Source of the DNA: Rebecca billardiae RCC1528
Taxonomy: Eukaryota; Protista; Haptophyta
DNA: 64,000 nt
NCBI GenBank assembly: GCA_965240325.2
Contig: OZ251222.1
Coordinates: forward strand, 2,294,001 to 2,358,000
Direction: 5' to 3'
Within the stretch, counting starts at the first letter, position 1. Each line of letters starts with the position of its first letter. The notes below the pieces were generated by a model, which made no database searches, had not been told where the DNA came from, and saw only the letters and a program-made list of their open reading frames with translations. The position numbers and the translations under genes were made by a program. Shown one piece after another: positions 33,499 through 45,870 of the stretch.

Positions 33499-34842
33499 TC
33501 ATTCTGACGAGTGGAGGACCCTCACCGTCGGGTCGGCGGGCGGGATAGCGACGTCAGTTGTGCGCTCCATGTTGTCCAAGACGCAGAACTCCGAGTGGAA
33601 CGCCGTGGGGCACGGGCGCGGCTCGTTCAGTCGCATCTTGGCGTAGCGTTTGCACTTGTCGCGCGCTTTGTCTTTGTTGCCGCGACACAGCCATGCCCGT
33701 GCTGTCTGTGCATGCACGCATTGCGGCCAGCAGCTCGGGCACATGTTGGCGTAGATGCGCGCCATGTATGCGACCGGGGGAAGCCATCGGCGGAAGATCA
33801 TGTACCCCAGCTTCCGATCCCCGATGAACCGCCAGTCAGGCGTGAGTGCGTGCACAGCGTTGGTGGCGCCGCCGCCGCGCCCGCCCGGCCCACCAACCCG
33901 ACCGCCCCAGCGCGCGTCGCACATCCACTTAGTGAGGGGCGTCTCGCCCGTGCACAGCATCGAGAGCAAGGGCTTGAGCCCATCGCACGCGTTCGAGCCC
34001 GCGCCCGCGTAGCACACATTGGAGCAGTTGAACGGCCTCCACACACGCCACGCCTCGAAGTAGCGTGCGGCCACGTCCGCAGACATGGCTGCATAGGCGT
34101 CCGACAGCCAGCGCGTGCCCGTGACCGAGTCCTGCTCGTACAGCGTCGCGACGAGCGTGGCGCGCGCCGCGCGCAGCGCGGGTTGCGGCAGAGGCGGCGC
34201 ACAGAGCGCTGCATCGAGCCGCGCGCGCACGTACACCGACGTGTGCGGCAGGTGCTGCCGCGCCCACGCGTACGCTCGTCCAATAGCGAGCGTCTGCAGA
34301 ATCACCCGCACGCGTGGGTCTGCCGAGCCCTGCGCCGCCGTCGCGGCGTGCTGACTGCACGGGCCAACCTCGAGACCGCTCGGGTGTGTGCTCGCGAACC
34401 ACTGTCGGGCGAGGATCAGTCGGCATGCCGTGCCACGCACCGCGTCCACAATGTTTTGGGCGCAGTCCGAAAAGGAGAAGGCAGTGTGGTTTGCCTGGTC
34501 CTCCGTGTACTGCTTGCCACCCCACCAGGCCTGCGCAGGCGCGCGCCCCTCGTCGTACATCTGCAGCAAAGCCAGCACACTCGCGTTACCGTCGGCGCAC
34601 GGCTGCATGGCGTTCCGCACGATCTTCGGGTCCTCGCACTTGCGCGTGAGGCCTGCGATCACGACCGTCGTGGGAGGGAGCGGGCTGACAGGGCCGTGCA
34701 CGAGCACGAGCTCCTCGCGCAGCCGCAACCGCGCCTCGGCAAGTACCATCGCCATGTCGGCGTCGATCGGAGGCGGCTCGATCGCGCAGTTCGCGGACGC
34801 AAACGCCAACACCACGAGAGCTCGTCGGCAAGAAGCACCCAT
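33499..34842 (-). CDS. Uncharacterised secreted protein, possibly glycosyltransferase-like
   Basis: 447-aa ORF with signal peptide MGASCRRALVVLAFASANCA, coding-like composition and motifs YVRARLD, WLSDAYAAM, GETPL; family not securely recognised. Confidence 0.6.
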   Translation of the reverse strand: MGASCRRALVVLAFASANCAIEPPPIDADMAMVLAEARLRLREELVLVHGPVSPLPPTTVVIAGLTRKCEDPKIVRNAMQPCADGNASVLALLQMYDEGRAPAQAWWGGKQYTEDQANHTAFSFSDCAQNIVDAVRGTACRLILARQWFASTHPSGLEVGPCSQHAATAAQGSADPRVRVILQTLAIGRAYAWARQHLPHTSVYVRARLDAALCAPPLPQPALRAARATLVATLYEQDSVTGTRWLSDAYAAMSADVAARYFEAWRVWRPFNCSNVCYAGAGSNACDGLKPLLSMLCTGETPLTKWMCDARWGGRVGGPGGRGGGATNAVHALTPDWRFIGDRKLGYMIFRRWLPPVAYMARIYANMCPSCWPQCVHAQTARAWLCRGNKDKARDKCKRYAKMRLNEPRPCPTAFHSEFCVLDNMERTTDVAIPPADPTVRVLHSSE

Positions 34843-35004
34843 CGTTGATGCCGCGTTCGAATTCCAAATCACCACGACGAGCGATGACGAAAAACAATAC
34901 TTATAAAAAGACGAGCCCAGGCGCACGGCTGGCTGTCGACGACACTGAAAAGCTATGTGCGCCAGTTCGGGACTCAGACTGAGTCAGAGAAAACAACTTG
35001 TATA

Positions 35005-35794
35005 GTCCCTCACAAGTTTAAGCCTCCCGACATTGTTCGCCATATCAGCGCAGCAAAGCAGCGGCGCGCCACCATACCAGGGGCGTACTTGGCCCACTCC
35101 ACTGCCGTGCACATGAGGTGCGCCCGGACCCGATTGCTCGAGTCCTCGCAAATAGGCGTGGCTGTGCATCCTGGGTTGACGTTTGGTACCCGGCGGCCGG
35201 CGAGCTCGACTGGCGGCGAGCAGACCTGCCTGCGTGCCGCCGGCTGTCGGCAGCCTCCGTGCGCTGAGCCGCGCGCCGCGCGGTGCGTGTGCGACGTAGC
35301 TCCGCCCACGCCACGCATGCACCCTCGCGCCGCGCCGCCAGCTTGGCGCTGCCGTCAGCCAGAGCCGATCGAGTGCATGCCCGAGCCTGCTCCGAGAGCA
35401 TCAATATGGGCTGCGTGTGGCTGCGCGTGCACTTTCGTCGCCTAATTTTGCCAGCGTCGAGTTGGCGCGTGGCACGCCCACCGTAGCAGCACGACTCCCG
35501 AATGCACAAAAGCCGGGGGTCAGCTGAATTAATGCAGCTCACACGACCGCGCTCCACGCCGAAAACCAGCCCGTAGCTGCCCGCCGGCTGGCTCGTGCAT
35601 GCGCACCGACTGCCGGGCGCATCGACACCGTGGCGCACAGAGCGCGGGTGCCGCGGCCGGGTGGGTATGTACTGACGCGGCTGGGCCTGGTGCATGCGCG
35701 GGCGGATGGGCTCTGCCCGGGTCGGCGCGTAGCGGGCGTGCGGGCTGAGACAAAGTCGTGCCTGCTGCAGCCGGCAACTAAATTTGTGGGTCCC
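35005..35794 (-). mobile_element. 790-bp module, array-terminal copy joined to unique host DNA through TA (35003-35004)
   Basis: Reverse complement of 24315-25104; flanked by acttgtaTA on the left and TA-agtgagcag on the right. Confidence 0.92.
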
Positions 35795-36274
35795 TAAGTG
35801 AGCAGGTAGTAGAAAAGTCGGAACGAGGGCGAGGGCGACGGCGAGCGAGGCCGGCGTCGGTCCACATGGGTCGGGGATATTCCCGCCGTGCAGCGATCCC
35901 AGCGCGTCGTCCGCCTCCGGCGAGTTGGTGGGGCACAGGAGCCCACATCTTGCGCAGAGCAGCTGAGGTTAATCGGACGCTCCCGCGCGGCGGCGGGGCC
36001 GGCAGTTGGGGCCTCCACTGGGTTGGACTTGCGCCACGCCGCTTGTCATAGCTCGACGAGCTCAACCCGTGGCGCCGAGCTCGTGCCCAGCGCACATCCG
36101 CGAGGGCGTGCGGCCCCAGCGCACGCGGCGGCTGCGTCGATGGGGCGCTCGCCATGGACGGAACGAGTTCGAATAGAGGCCACACCGCTTCGTCAGCTGT
36201 AAGATCAACTTTGGGCGGCTCGGGACGTAACGTGCACTCATCTTCGGTCGTGGCCAAGCAGCCGGCGGCGGCTG

Positions 36275-37576
36275 ATGGGCCGCGCGCCGACCGCGCCCAA
36301 AGATCGGCGCGGGCGCAAAGGCGCCCACCGCGTCGGCTACGCTCCGAACAGGCGGGTATCGCGGGAGTGTATTGCTCTGGATTACAACCCGAAGGCCCTG
36401 GGCCCTGCGGAGAGGTTTCACCATGCGATCGGCGCGTGCGTGCTGTGCCTCAATGAAGGCTCTCCGTTGGCCTCAGCTTTCCAGAGGGCGGCGCGGTCGG
36501 CCGAGGTCACCGAGAAGACGATGAAGAAGTGGTTCATGGACTGGCACACGGAGGGCTGGCACATCGATGCTGACGGGAAGCCGAAGCGCGGTCCACGCCC
36601 ACGCCTCAGTGCCAAGGCGCAGGCGGCGCTTACGTCCGAGCTCAGCGCCGGGCCGGCTGGTCAGAGTGTGCGGAAGGCTGCGTGCCGCGCCGTCGGTGCT
36701 GGATCGCTCGATGCGTCCGCGCTCGACGTCTCCGACGAGACGCTACGCCGCGCGGCGCGGAAGAAGATGGATTGGGAGCCGCTCAAGGTGAGGAAGCAGA
36801 TCACGGCTCAGCAGGCGAAGAAGCGGGTGGCGTTCGCACGGTGGCTGCAGAGAGTCAAGGCGATGGTTGACAGGCTGTTCTTCACCGACTCGAAGTACTT
36901 CAAGTTCGACGTCACGAACCGGAGCACGGTGATGTCGTGGACGCTGCGTGACGAGCCCAAGCGCAAGCTGAACCAGGTCCAGGCAGGTGACTGCGTGATC
37001 CATGGCTACGCCGGCGCCTGCTCTCGCGGCATCACGCCGCTCTATTTTGCCACGGGCACTCACGGCCGCACGCATGAGAATGGTCGCGGCAAGCAGTGCC
37101 GTGGCGTGTGCTGGAAGGAGTACCTGAACGACGTGCTGCCTTTCCTGGACAAGGAGGCCCAGGCGCTCTTCGGCAACTTCATCAGACAGATGATCTTCCA
37201 GCAGGACAGTGCCTCACCCCACACGGCGCTGGCTGTGCGCCAATGGCTCGACGAGCGGTTTGGCCCCGAGGGACACCTTGGCCCCAAGTCGACCGAGGGT
37301 CAGCCGGGCCGTAGCTGGCCGCCGAACAGCGCCGACTTGTCGCTCATTGAGCATGTCTGGGCGCGCGTGGAGCAGCTTCTCAACGCATGGAAGCACAAGT
37401 GGTGCACCGACAACCCGAGCAAGCAGCGGCCAACCTTCAAGGAGTTCGAGGAGGTGGTGAAGGCTAAGTTCGAGGAGGTACGGAACGACAAGAAGTTCAT
37501 CCAGGCGCTGTTCAAATCCTATCGGCGTCGGCTGCAGGACTGCGTCGAGACCAAGGGTGAGCAGCGCGTGCGCTGA
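36275..37576 (+). CDS. Tc1/mariner-IS630 superfamily transposase, DD47E, 433 aa
   Basis: HTH-like N-terminus with a GPRPR linker, FFTDSK (D1), FQQDSASPH (D2), WPPNSADLSLIEHVW (E), and C-terminal SYRRRLQDCVETKG as in Tc1-type enzymes. Confidence 0.93.
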   Translation: MGRAPTAPKDRRGRKGAHRVGYAPNRRVSRECIALDYNPKALGPAERFHHAIGACVLCLNEGSPLASAFQRAARSAEVTEKTMKKWFMDWHTEGWHIDADGKPKRGPRPRLSAKAQAALTSELSAGPAGQSVRKAACRAVGAGSLDASALDVSDETLRRAARKKMDWEPLKVRKQITAQQAKKRVAFARWLQRVKAMVDRLFFTDSKYFKFDVTNRSTVMSWTLRDEPKRKLNQVQAGDCVIHGYAGACSRGITPLYFATGTHGRTHENGRGKQCRGVCWKEYLNDVLPFLDKEAQALFGNFIRQMIFQQDSASPHTALAVRQWLDERFGPEGHLGPKSTEGQPGRSWPPNSADLSLIEHVWARVEQLLNAWKHKWCTDNPSKQRPTFKEFEEVVKAKFEEVRNDKKFIQALFKSYRRRLQDCVETKGEQRVR

Positions 37577-37692
37577 AGAGCAGTGTCGGACAATGATGGT
37601 ATAGTTTATTAGCTGCTCAGTATAGTAGATCTCGAGTCATATCATATCAGCCTATAGGCTATAGCTTACTCTACGTCTAACGTCACGTCTCA

Positions 37693-40600
37693 CGACAGCT
37701 GCGACCAGCGGCGGCTAGCTCAGCAGAGCGGCGCGACTGAGCGATGATGTGCGCGCCGGGCGGGCACGCCGACGCGTGAGCAGTGCGCCCCGGGGCCGCT
37801 CGACGCGCGCGCGCGCGCCCGGCCGCACGGCGCCTCCTCCACGCGGCCCCATGTCCCGGCTCAGAGCGAGCAGCTGACAGCAACTGGTCTTCACGATCTG
37901 CGGCGGCGGCGAGCAGCTACGACTGCTACGGGGGCCTCAGAGCGCGGCGAGGACGAGCTAGCTGGGCGAGATCGGGGTGCGGGGCACTCGGCGCGGCCCA
38001 GGCACACCGAGCCCACGTGCCAGCGGGGCGGCGCCGCGCCGCGCGAGCGCGCGCTCGCGCGCCGACTTTTGTCGGGTCAGATCAGCCTACGGCAGCTCAC
38101 GGCCTCAGCCGACGGCTGCGACCAGCGGCGGCTAGCTCAGCAGAGCGGCGCGACTGAGCGATGATGCGCGCGCCGGGCGGGCACGCCGACGCGTGAGCAG
38201 TGCGCCCCGGGGCCGCTCGACGCGCACGCGCGCGCCCGGCCGCACGGCGCCTCCTCCTCGCGGCCCCATGTCCCGGCTCAGAGCGAGCAGCTGACAGCAG
38301 CTGGTCTTCACGATCTGCGGCGGCGGCGAGCAGCTACGACTGCTACGGGGGCCTCAGAGCGCGGCGAGGACGAGCTAGCTGGGCGAGATCCGGGTGCGGG
38401 GTGCTCTGCGTGGCCCAGGCACACCGAGCCCACGTGCCAGCGGGGCGGCGCGGCGCCGCGCGCGCGCGCGCGCTCGCGCCGACTTTTGTCGGGTCAGATC
38501 AGCTGACGGCAGCTCACGGCCTCAGCCGACGGCTGCGACCAGCGGCGGCTAGCTCAGCAGAGCGGCGCGACTGAGCGATGATGCGCGCGCCGGGCGGGCA
38601 CGCCGACGCGTGAGCAGTGCGCCCCGGGGCCGCTCGACGCGCACGCGCGCGCCCGGCCGCACGGCGCCTCCTCCTCGCGGCCCCATGTCCCGGCTCAGAG
38701 CGAGCAGCTGACAGCAACTGGTCTTCACGATCTGCGGCGGCGGCGAGCAGCTACGACTGCTACGGGGACCTCAGAGCGCGGCGAGGACGCGCGGGCTGGG
38801 CGCGATCGGGGTGCGGGACGCTCGGCGCGGCCCAGGCGCACCGAGCCCACGTGCCAGCGAGGTGGCGCGGCGCGCCGCGCGCGCGCGCTCGCGCGCCGAC
38901 TTTTGTCGGGTCAGATCAGCTTACGGCAGCTCACGGCCTCAGCCGACGGCTGCGACCAGCGGCGGCTAGCTCAGCAGAGCGGCGCGACTGAGCGATGATG
39001 CGCGCGCCGGGCGGGCGCGCCGACACGTGAGCAGTGCGCCCGGGTGCCGCTCGACGCGCACGCGCGCGCCCGGCCGCACGGCGTCTCCTCCACGCGGCCC
39101 CATGTCCCGGCTCAGAGCGAGCAGCTGACAGCAGCTGGTCTTCACGATCTGCGGCGGCGGCGAGCAGCTACGACTGCTACGGGGGCCTCAGAGCGCGGCG
39201 AGGACGAGCTAGCTGGGCGAGATCCGGGTGCGGGGTGCTCGGCGCGGCCCAGGCGCACCGAGCCCACGTGCCAGCGAGGTGGCGCGGCGCGCCGCGCGCG
39301 CGCGCTCGCGCGCCGACTTTTGTCGGGTCAGATCAGCTTACGGCAGCTCACGGCCTCAGCCGACGGCTGCGACCAGCGGCGGCTAGCTCAGCAGAGCGGC
39401 GCGACTGAGCGATGATGCGCGCGCCGGGCGGGCACGCCGACGCGTGAGCAGTGCGCCCCGGGGCCGCTCGACGCGCACGCGCGCGCCCGGCCGCACGGCG
39501 CCTCCTCCTCGCGGCCCCATGTCCCGGCTCAGAGCGAGCAGCTGACAGCAGCTGGTCTTCACGATCTGCGGCGGCGGCGAGCAGCTACGACTGCTACGGG
39601 GGCCTCAGAGCGCGGCGAGGACGAGCTAGCTGGGCGAGATCCGGGTGCGGGGTGCTCTGCGTGGCCCAGGCACACCGAGCCCACGTGCCAGCGGGGCGGC
39701 GCGGCGCCGCGCGCGCGCGCGCGCTCGCGCCGACTTTTGTCGGGTCAGATCAGCTGACGGCAGCTCACGGCCTCAGCCGACGGCTGCGACCAGCGGCGGC
39801 TAGCTCAGCAGAGCGGCGCGACTGAGCGATGATGCGCGCGCCGGGCGGGCACGCCGACGCGTGAGCAGTGCGCCCCGGGGCCGCTCGACGCGCACGCGCG
39901 CGCCCGGCCGCACGGCGCCTCCTCCTCGCGGCCCCATGTCCCGGCTCAGAGCGAGCAGCTGACAGCAACTGGTCTTCACGATCTGCGGCGGCGGCGAGCA
40001 GCTACGACTGCTACGGGGACCTCAGAGCGCGGCGAGGACGCGCGGGCTGGGCGCGATCGGGGTGCGGGACGCTCGGCGCGGCCCAGGCGCACCGAGCCCA
40101 CGTGCCAGCGAGGTGGCGCGGCGCGCCGCGCGCGCGCGCTCGCGCGCCGACTTTTGTCGGGTCAGATCAGCTTACGGCAGCTCACGGCCTCAGCCGACGG
40201 CTGCGACCAGCGGCGGCTAGCTCAGCAGAGCGGCGCGACTGAGCGATGATGCGCGCGCCGGGCGGGCGCGCCGACACGTGAGCAGTGCGCCCGGGTGCCG
40301 CTCGACGCGCACGCGCGCGCCCGGCCGCACGGCGTCTCCTCCACGCGGCCCCATGTCCCGGCTCAGAGCGAGCAGCTGACAGCAGCTGGTCTTCACGATC
40401 TGCGGCGGCGGCGAGCAGCTACGACTGCTACGGGGGCCTCAGAGCGCGGCGAGGACGAGCTAGCTGGGCGAGATCCGGGTGCGGGGTGCTCGGCGCGGCC
40501 CAGGCGCACCGAGCCCACGTGCCAGCGAGGTGGCGCGGCGCGCCGCGCGCGCGCGCTCGCGCGCCGACTTTTGTCGGGTCAGATCAGCTTACGGCAGCTC

Positions 40601-42405
40601 ACGGCCTCAGCCGACGGCTGCGACCAGCGGCGGCTAGCTCAGCAGAGCGGCGCGACTGAGCGATGATGCGCGCGCCGGGCGGGCACGCCGACGCGTGAGC
40701 AGTGCGCCCCGGGGCCGCTCGACGCGCACGCGCGCGCCCGGCCGCACGGCGCCTCCTCCTCGCGGCCCCATGTCCCGGCTCAGAGCGAGCAGCTGACAGC
40801 AGCTGGTCTTCACGATCTGCGGCGGCGGCGAGCAGCTACGACTGCTACGGGGGCCTCAGAGCGCGGCGAGGACGAGCTAGCTGGGCGAGATCCGGGTGCG
40901 GGGTGCTCTGCGTGGCCCAGGCACACCGAGCCCACGTGCCAGCGGGGCGGCGCGGCGCCGCGCGCGCGCGCGCGCTCGCGCCGACTTTTGTCGGGTCAGA
41001 TCAGCTGACGGCAGCTCACGGCCTCAGCCGACGGCTGCGACCAGCGGCGGCTAGCTCAGCAGAGCGGCGCGACTGAGCGATGATGCGCGCGCCGGGCGGG
41101 CACGCCGACGCGTGAGCAGTGCGCCCCGGGGCCGCTCGACGCGCACGCGCGCGCCCGGCCGCACGGCGCCTCCTCCTCGCGGCCCCATGTCCCGGCTCAG
41201 AGCGAGCAGCTGACAGCAGCTGGTCTTCACGATCTGCGGCGGCGGCGAGCAGCTACGACTGCTACGGGGGCCTCAGAGCGCGGCGAGGACGAGCTAGCTG
41301 GGCGAGATCCGGGTGCGGGGTGCTCTGCGTGGCCCAGGCACACCGAGCCCACGTGCCAGCGGGGCGGCGCGGCGCCGCGCGCGCGCGCGCGCGCTCGCGC
41401 CGACTTTTGTCGGGTCAGATCAGCTGACGGCAGCTCACGGCCTCAGCCGACGGCTGCGACCAGCGGCGGCTAGCTCAGCAGAGCGGCGCGACTGAGCGAT
41501 GATGCGCGCGCCGGGCGGGCACGCCGACGCGTGAGCAGTGCGCCCCGGGGCCGCTCGACGCGCACGCGCGCGCCCGGCCGCACGGCGCCTCCTCCTCGCG
41601 GCCCCATGTCCCGGCTCAGAGCGAGCAGCTGACAGCAACTGGTCTTCACGATCTGCGGCGGCGGCGAGCAGCTACGACTGCTACGGGGACCTCAGAGCGC
41701 GGCGAGGACGCGCGGGCTGGGCGCGATCGGGGTGCGGGACGCTCGGCGCGGCCCAGGCGCACCGAGCCCACGTGCCAGCGAGGTGGCGCGGCGCGCCGCG
41801 CGCGCGCGCTCGCGCGCCGACTTTTGTCGGGTCAGATCAGCTTACGGCAGCTCACGGCCTCAGCCGACGGCTGCGACCAGCGGCGGCTAGCTCAGCAGAG
41901 CGGCGCGACTGAGCGATGATGCGCGCGCCGGGCGGGCGCGCCGACACGTGAGCAGTGCGCCCGGGTGCCGCTCGACGCGCACGCGCGCGCCCGGCCGCAC
42001 GGCGTCTCCTCCACGCGGCCCCATGTCCCGGCTCAGAGCGAGCAGCTGACAGCAGCTGGTCTTCACGATCTGCGGCGGCGGCGAGCAGCTACGACTGCTA
42101 CGGGGGCCTCAGAGCGCGGCGAGGACGAGCTAGCTGGGCGAGATCCGGGTGCGGGGTGCTCGGCGCGGCCCAGGCGCACCGAGCCCACGTGCCAGCGAGG
42201 TGGCGCGGCGCGCCGCGCGCGCGCGCTCGCGCGCCGACTTTTGTCGGGTCAGATCAGCTTACGGCAGCTCACGGCCTCAGCCGACGGCTGCGACCAGCGG
42301 CGGCTAGCTCAGCAGAGCGGCGCGACTGAGCGATGATGCGCGCGCCGGGCGGGCACGCCGACGCGTGAGCAGTGCGCCCCGGGGCCGCTCGACGCGCACG
42401 CGCGC
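37693..42405 (+). repeat. 417-bp tandem satellite, about 11.3 monomers up to the gap
   Basis: Shadow ORFs recur every 417 bp (37783, 38200, 38617, ...); one monomer has a 2-bp insertion. Confidence 0.97.
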
Positions 42406-42605
42406 NNNNNNNNNNNNNNNNNNNNNNNNNNNNNNNNNNNNNNNNNNNNNNNNNNNNNNNNNNNNNNNNNNNNNNNNNNNNNNNNNNNNNNNNNNNNNNN
42501 NNNNNNNNNNNNNNNNNNNNNNNNNNNNNNNNNNNNNNNNNNNNNNNNNNNNNNNNNNNNNNNNNNNNNNNNNNNNNNNNNNNNNNNNNNNNNNNNNNNN
42601 NNNNN
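42406..42605. other. Assembly gap, 200 N
   Basis: Run of 200 n; satellite orientation flips across it. Confidence 0.99.
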
Positions 42606-43972
42606 GCGCGTCGAGCGGCACCCGGGCGCACTGCTCACGTGTCGGCGCGCCCGCCCGGCGCGCGCATCATCGCTCAGTCGCGCCGCTCTGCTGAGCTAGC
42701 CGCCGCTGGTCGCAGCCGTCGGCTGAGGCCGTGAGCTGCCGTAAGCTGATCTGACCCGACAAAAGTCGGCGCGCGAGCGCGCGCGCGCGGCGCGCCGCGC
42801 CACCTCGCTGGCACGTGGGCTCGGTGCGCCTGGGCCGCGCCGAGCGTCCCGCACCCCGATCGCGCCCAGCCCGCGCGTCCTCGCCGCGCTCTGAGGTCCC
42901 CGTAGCAGTCGTAGCTGCTCGCCGCCGCCGCAGATCGTGAAGACCAGTTGCTGTCAGCTGCTCGCTCTGAGCCGGGACATGGGGCCGCGAGGAGGAGGCG
43001 CCGTGCGGCCGGGCGCGCGCGTGCGCGTCGAGCGGCCCCGGGGCGCACTGCTCACGCGTCGGCGTGCCCGCCCGGCGCGCGCATCATCGCTCAGTCGCGC
43101 CGCTCTGCTGAGCTAGCCGCCGCTGGTCGCAGCCGTCGGCTGAGGCCGTGAGCTGCCGTCAGCTGATCTGACCCGACAAAAGTCGGCGCGAGCGCGCGCG
43201 CGCGCGCGGCGCCGCGCCGCCCCGCTGGCACGTGGGCTCGGTGTGCCTGGGCCACGCAGAGCACCCCGCACCCGGATCTCGCCCAGCTAGCTCGTCCTCG
43301 CCGCGCTCTGAGGCCCCCGTAGCAGTCGTAGCTGCTCGCCGCCGCCGCAGATCGTGAAGACCAGCTGCTGTCAGCTGCTCGCTCTGAGCCGGGACATGGG
43401 GCCGCGAGGAGGAGGCGCCGTGCGGCCGGGCGCGCGCGTGCGCGTCGAGCGGCCCCGGGGCGCACTGCTCACGCGTCGGCGTGCCCGCCCGGCGCGCGCA
43501 TCATCGCTCAGTCGCGCCGCTCTGCTGAGCTAGCCGCCGCTGGTCGCAGCCGTCGGCTGAGGCCGTGAGCTGCCGTAGGCTGATCTGACCCGACAAAAGT
43601 CGGCGCGCGAGCGCGCGCTCGCGCGGCGCGGCGCCGCCCCGCTGGCACGTGGGCTCGGTGTGCCTGGGCCGCGCCGAGTGCCCCGCACCCCGATCTCGCC
43701 CAGCTAGCTCGTCCTCGCCGCGCTCTGAGGCCCCCGTAGCAGTCGTAGCTGCTCGCCGCCGCCGCAGATCGTGAAGACCAGTTGCTGTCAGCTGCTCGCT
43801 CTGAGCCGGGACATGGGGCCGCGTGGAGGAGGCGCCGTGCGGCCGGGCGCGCGCGCGCGCGTCGAGCGGCCCCGGGGCGCACTGCTCACGCGTCGGCGTG
43901 CCCGCCCGGCGCGCACATCATCGCTCAGTCGCGCCGCTCTGCTGAGCTAGCCGCCGCTGGTCGCAGCTGTCG
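42606..43972 (-). repeat. 417-bp tandem satellite, about 3.3 monomers from the gap
   Basis: Reverse complement of the first monomers of 37693 onward. Confidence 0.95.
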
Positions 43973-44088
43973 TGAGACGTGACGTTAGACGTAGAGTAAG
44001 CTATAGCCTATAGGCTGATATGATATGACTCGAGATCTACTATACTGAGCAGCTAATAAACTATACCATCATTGTCCGACACTGCTCT

Positions 44089-45390
44089 TCAGCGCACGCG
44101 CTGCTCACCCTTGGTCTCGACGCAGTCCTGCAGCCGACGCCGATAGGATTTGAACAGCGCCTGGATGAACTTCTTGTCGTTCCGTACCTCCTCGAACTTA
44201 GCCTTCACCACCTCCTCGAACTCCTTGAAGGTTGGCCGCTGCTTGCTCGGGTTGTCGGTGCACCACTTGTGCTTCCATGCGTTGAGAAGCTGCTCCACGC
44301 GCGCCCAGACATGCTCAATGAGCGACAAGTCGGCGCTGTTCGGCGGCCAGCTACGGCCCGGCTGACCCTCGGTCGACTTGGGGCCAAGGTGTCCCTCGGG
44401 GCCAAACCGCTCGTCGAGCCATTGGCGCACAGCCAGCGCCGTGTGGGGTGAGGCACTGTCCTGCTGGAAGATCATCTGTCTGATGAAGTTGCCGAAGAGC
44501 GCCTGGGCCTCCTTGTCCAGGAAAGGCAGCACGTCGTTCAGGTACTCCTTCCAGCACACGCCACGGCACTGCTTGCCGCGACCATTCTCATGCGTGCGGC
44601 CGTGAGTGCCCGTGGCAAAATAGAGCGGCGTGATGCCGCGAGAGCAGGCGCCGGCGTAGCCATGGATCACGCAGTCACCTGCCTGGACCTGGTTCAGCTT
44701 GCGCTTGGGCTCGTCACGCAGCGTCCACGACATCACCGTGCTCCGGTTCGTGACGTCGAACTTGAAGTACTTCGAGTCGGTGAAGAACAGCCTGTCAACC
44801 ATCGCCTTGACTCTCTGCAGCCACCGTGCGAACGCCACCCGCTTCTTCGCCTGCTGAGCCGTGATCTGCTTCCTCACCTTGAGCGGCTCCCAATCCATCT
44901 TCTTCCGCGCCGCGCGGCGTAGCGTCTCGTCGGAGACGTCGAGCGCGGACGCATCGAGCGATCCAGCACCGACGGCGCGGCACGCAGCCTTCCGCACACT
45001 CTGACCAGCCGGCCCGGCGCTGAGCTCGGACGTAAGCGCCGCCTGCGCCTTGGCACTGAGGCGTGGGCGTGGACCGCGCTTCGGCTTCCCGTCAGCATCG
45101 ATGTGCCAGCCCTCCGTGTGCCAGTCCATGAACCACTTCTTCATCGTCTTCTCGGTGACCTCGGCCGACCGCGCCGCCCTCTGGAAAGCTGAGGCCAACG
45201 GAGAGCCTTCATTGAGGCACAGCACGCACGCGCCGATCGCATGGTGAAACCTCTCCGCAGGGCCCAGGGCCTTCGGGTTGTAATCCAGAGCAATACACTC
45301 CCGCGATACCCGCCTGTTCGGAGCGTAGCCGACGCGGTGGGCGCCTTTGCGCCCGCGCCGATCTTTGGGCGCGGTCGGCGCGCGGCCCAT
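44089..45390 (-). CDS. DD47E transposase, copy 2
   Basis: Translation identical to 36275-37576. Confidence 0.93.
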   Translation of the reverse strand: MGRAPTAPKDRRGRKGAHRVGYAPNRRVSRECIALDYNPKALGPAERFHHAIGACVLCLNEGSPLASAFQRAARSAEVTEKTMKKWFMDWHTEGWHIDADGKPKRGPRPRLSAKAQAALTSELSAGPAGQSVRKAACRAVGAGSLDASALDVSDETLRRAARKKMDWEPLKVRKQITAQQAKKRVAFARWLQRVKAMVDRLFFTDSKYFKFDVTNRSTVMSWTLRDEPKRKLNQVQAGDCVIHGYAGACSRGITPLYFATGTHGRTHENGRGKQCRGVCWKEYLNDVLPFLDKEAQALFGNFIRQMIFQQDSASPHTALAVRQWLDERFGPEGHLGPKSTEGQPGRSWPPNSADLSLIEHVWARVEQLLNAWKHKWCTDNPSKQRPTFKEFEEVVKAKFEEVRNDKKFIQALFKSYRRRLQDCVETKGEQRVR

Positions 45391-45870
45391 CAGCCGCCGC
45401 CGGCTGCTTGGCCACGACCGAAGATGAGTGCACGTTACGTCCCGAGCCGCCCAAAGTTGATCTTACAGCTGACGAAGCGGTGTGGCCTCTATTCGAACTC
45501 GTTCCGTCCATGGCGAGCGCCCCATCGACGCAGCCGCCGCGTGCGCTGGGGCCGCACGCCCTCGCGGATGTGCGCTGGGCACGAGCTCGGCGCCACGGGT
45601 TGAGCTCGTCGAGCTATGACAAGCGGCGTGGCGCAAGTCCAACCCAGTGGAGGCCCCAACTGCCGGCCCCGCCGCCGCGCGGGAGCGTCCGATTAACCTC
45701 AGCTGCTCTGCGCAAGATGTGGGCTCCTGTGCCCCACCAACTCGCCGGAGGCGGACGACGCGCTGGGATCGCTGCACGGCGGGAATATCCCCGACCCATG
45801 TGGACCGACGCCGGCCTCGCTCGCCGTCGCCCTCGCCCTCGTTCCGACTTTTCTACTACCTGCTCACTTA

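Larger units (their letters stand above)
35797..42405 (+). mobile_element. Transposase-satellite module, copy 1 (truncated by the assembly gap)
   Basis: Starts TA|agtgagcag; contains the transposase followed by the 417-bp array. Confidence 0.88.

Noticed and set aside
35778-36257. 159-aa antisense ORF upstream of the transposase
   Set aside because: TTG start, runs across the module junction, its first internal ATG is mutated in copy 3, and no domain is recognised.
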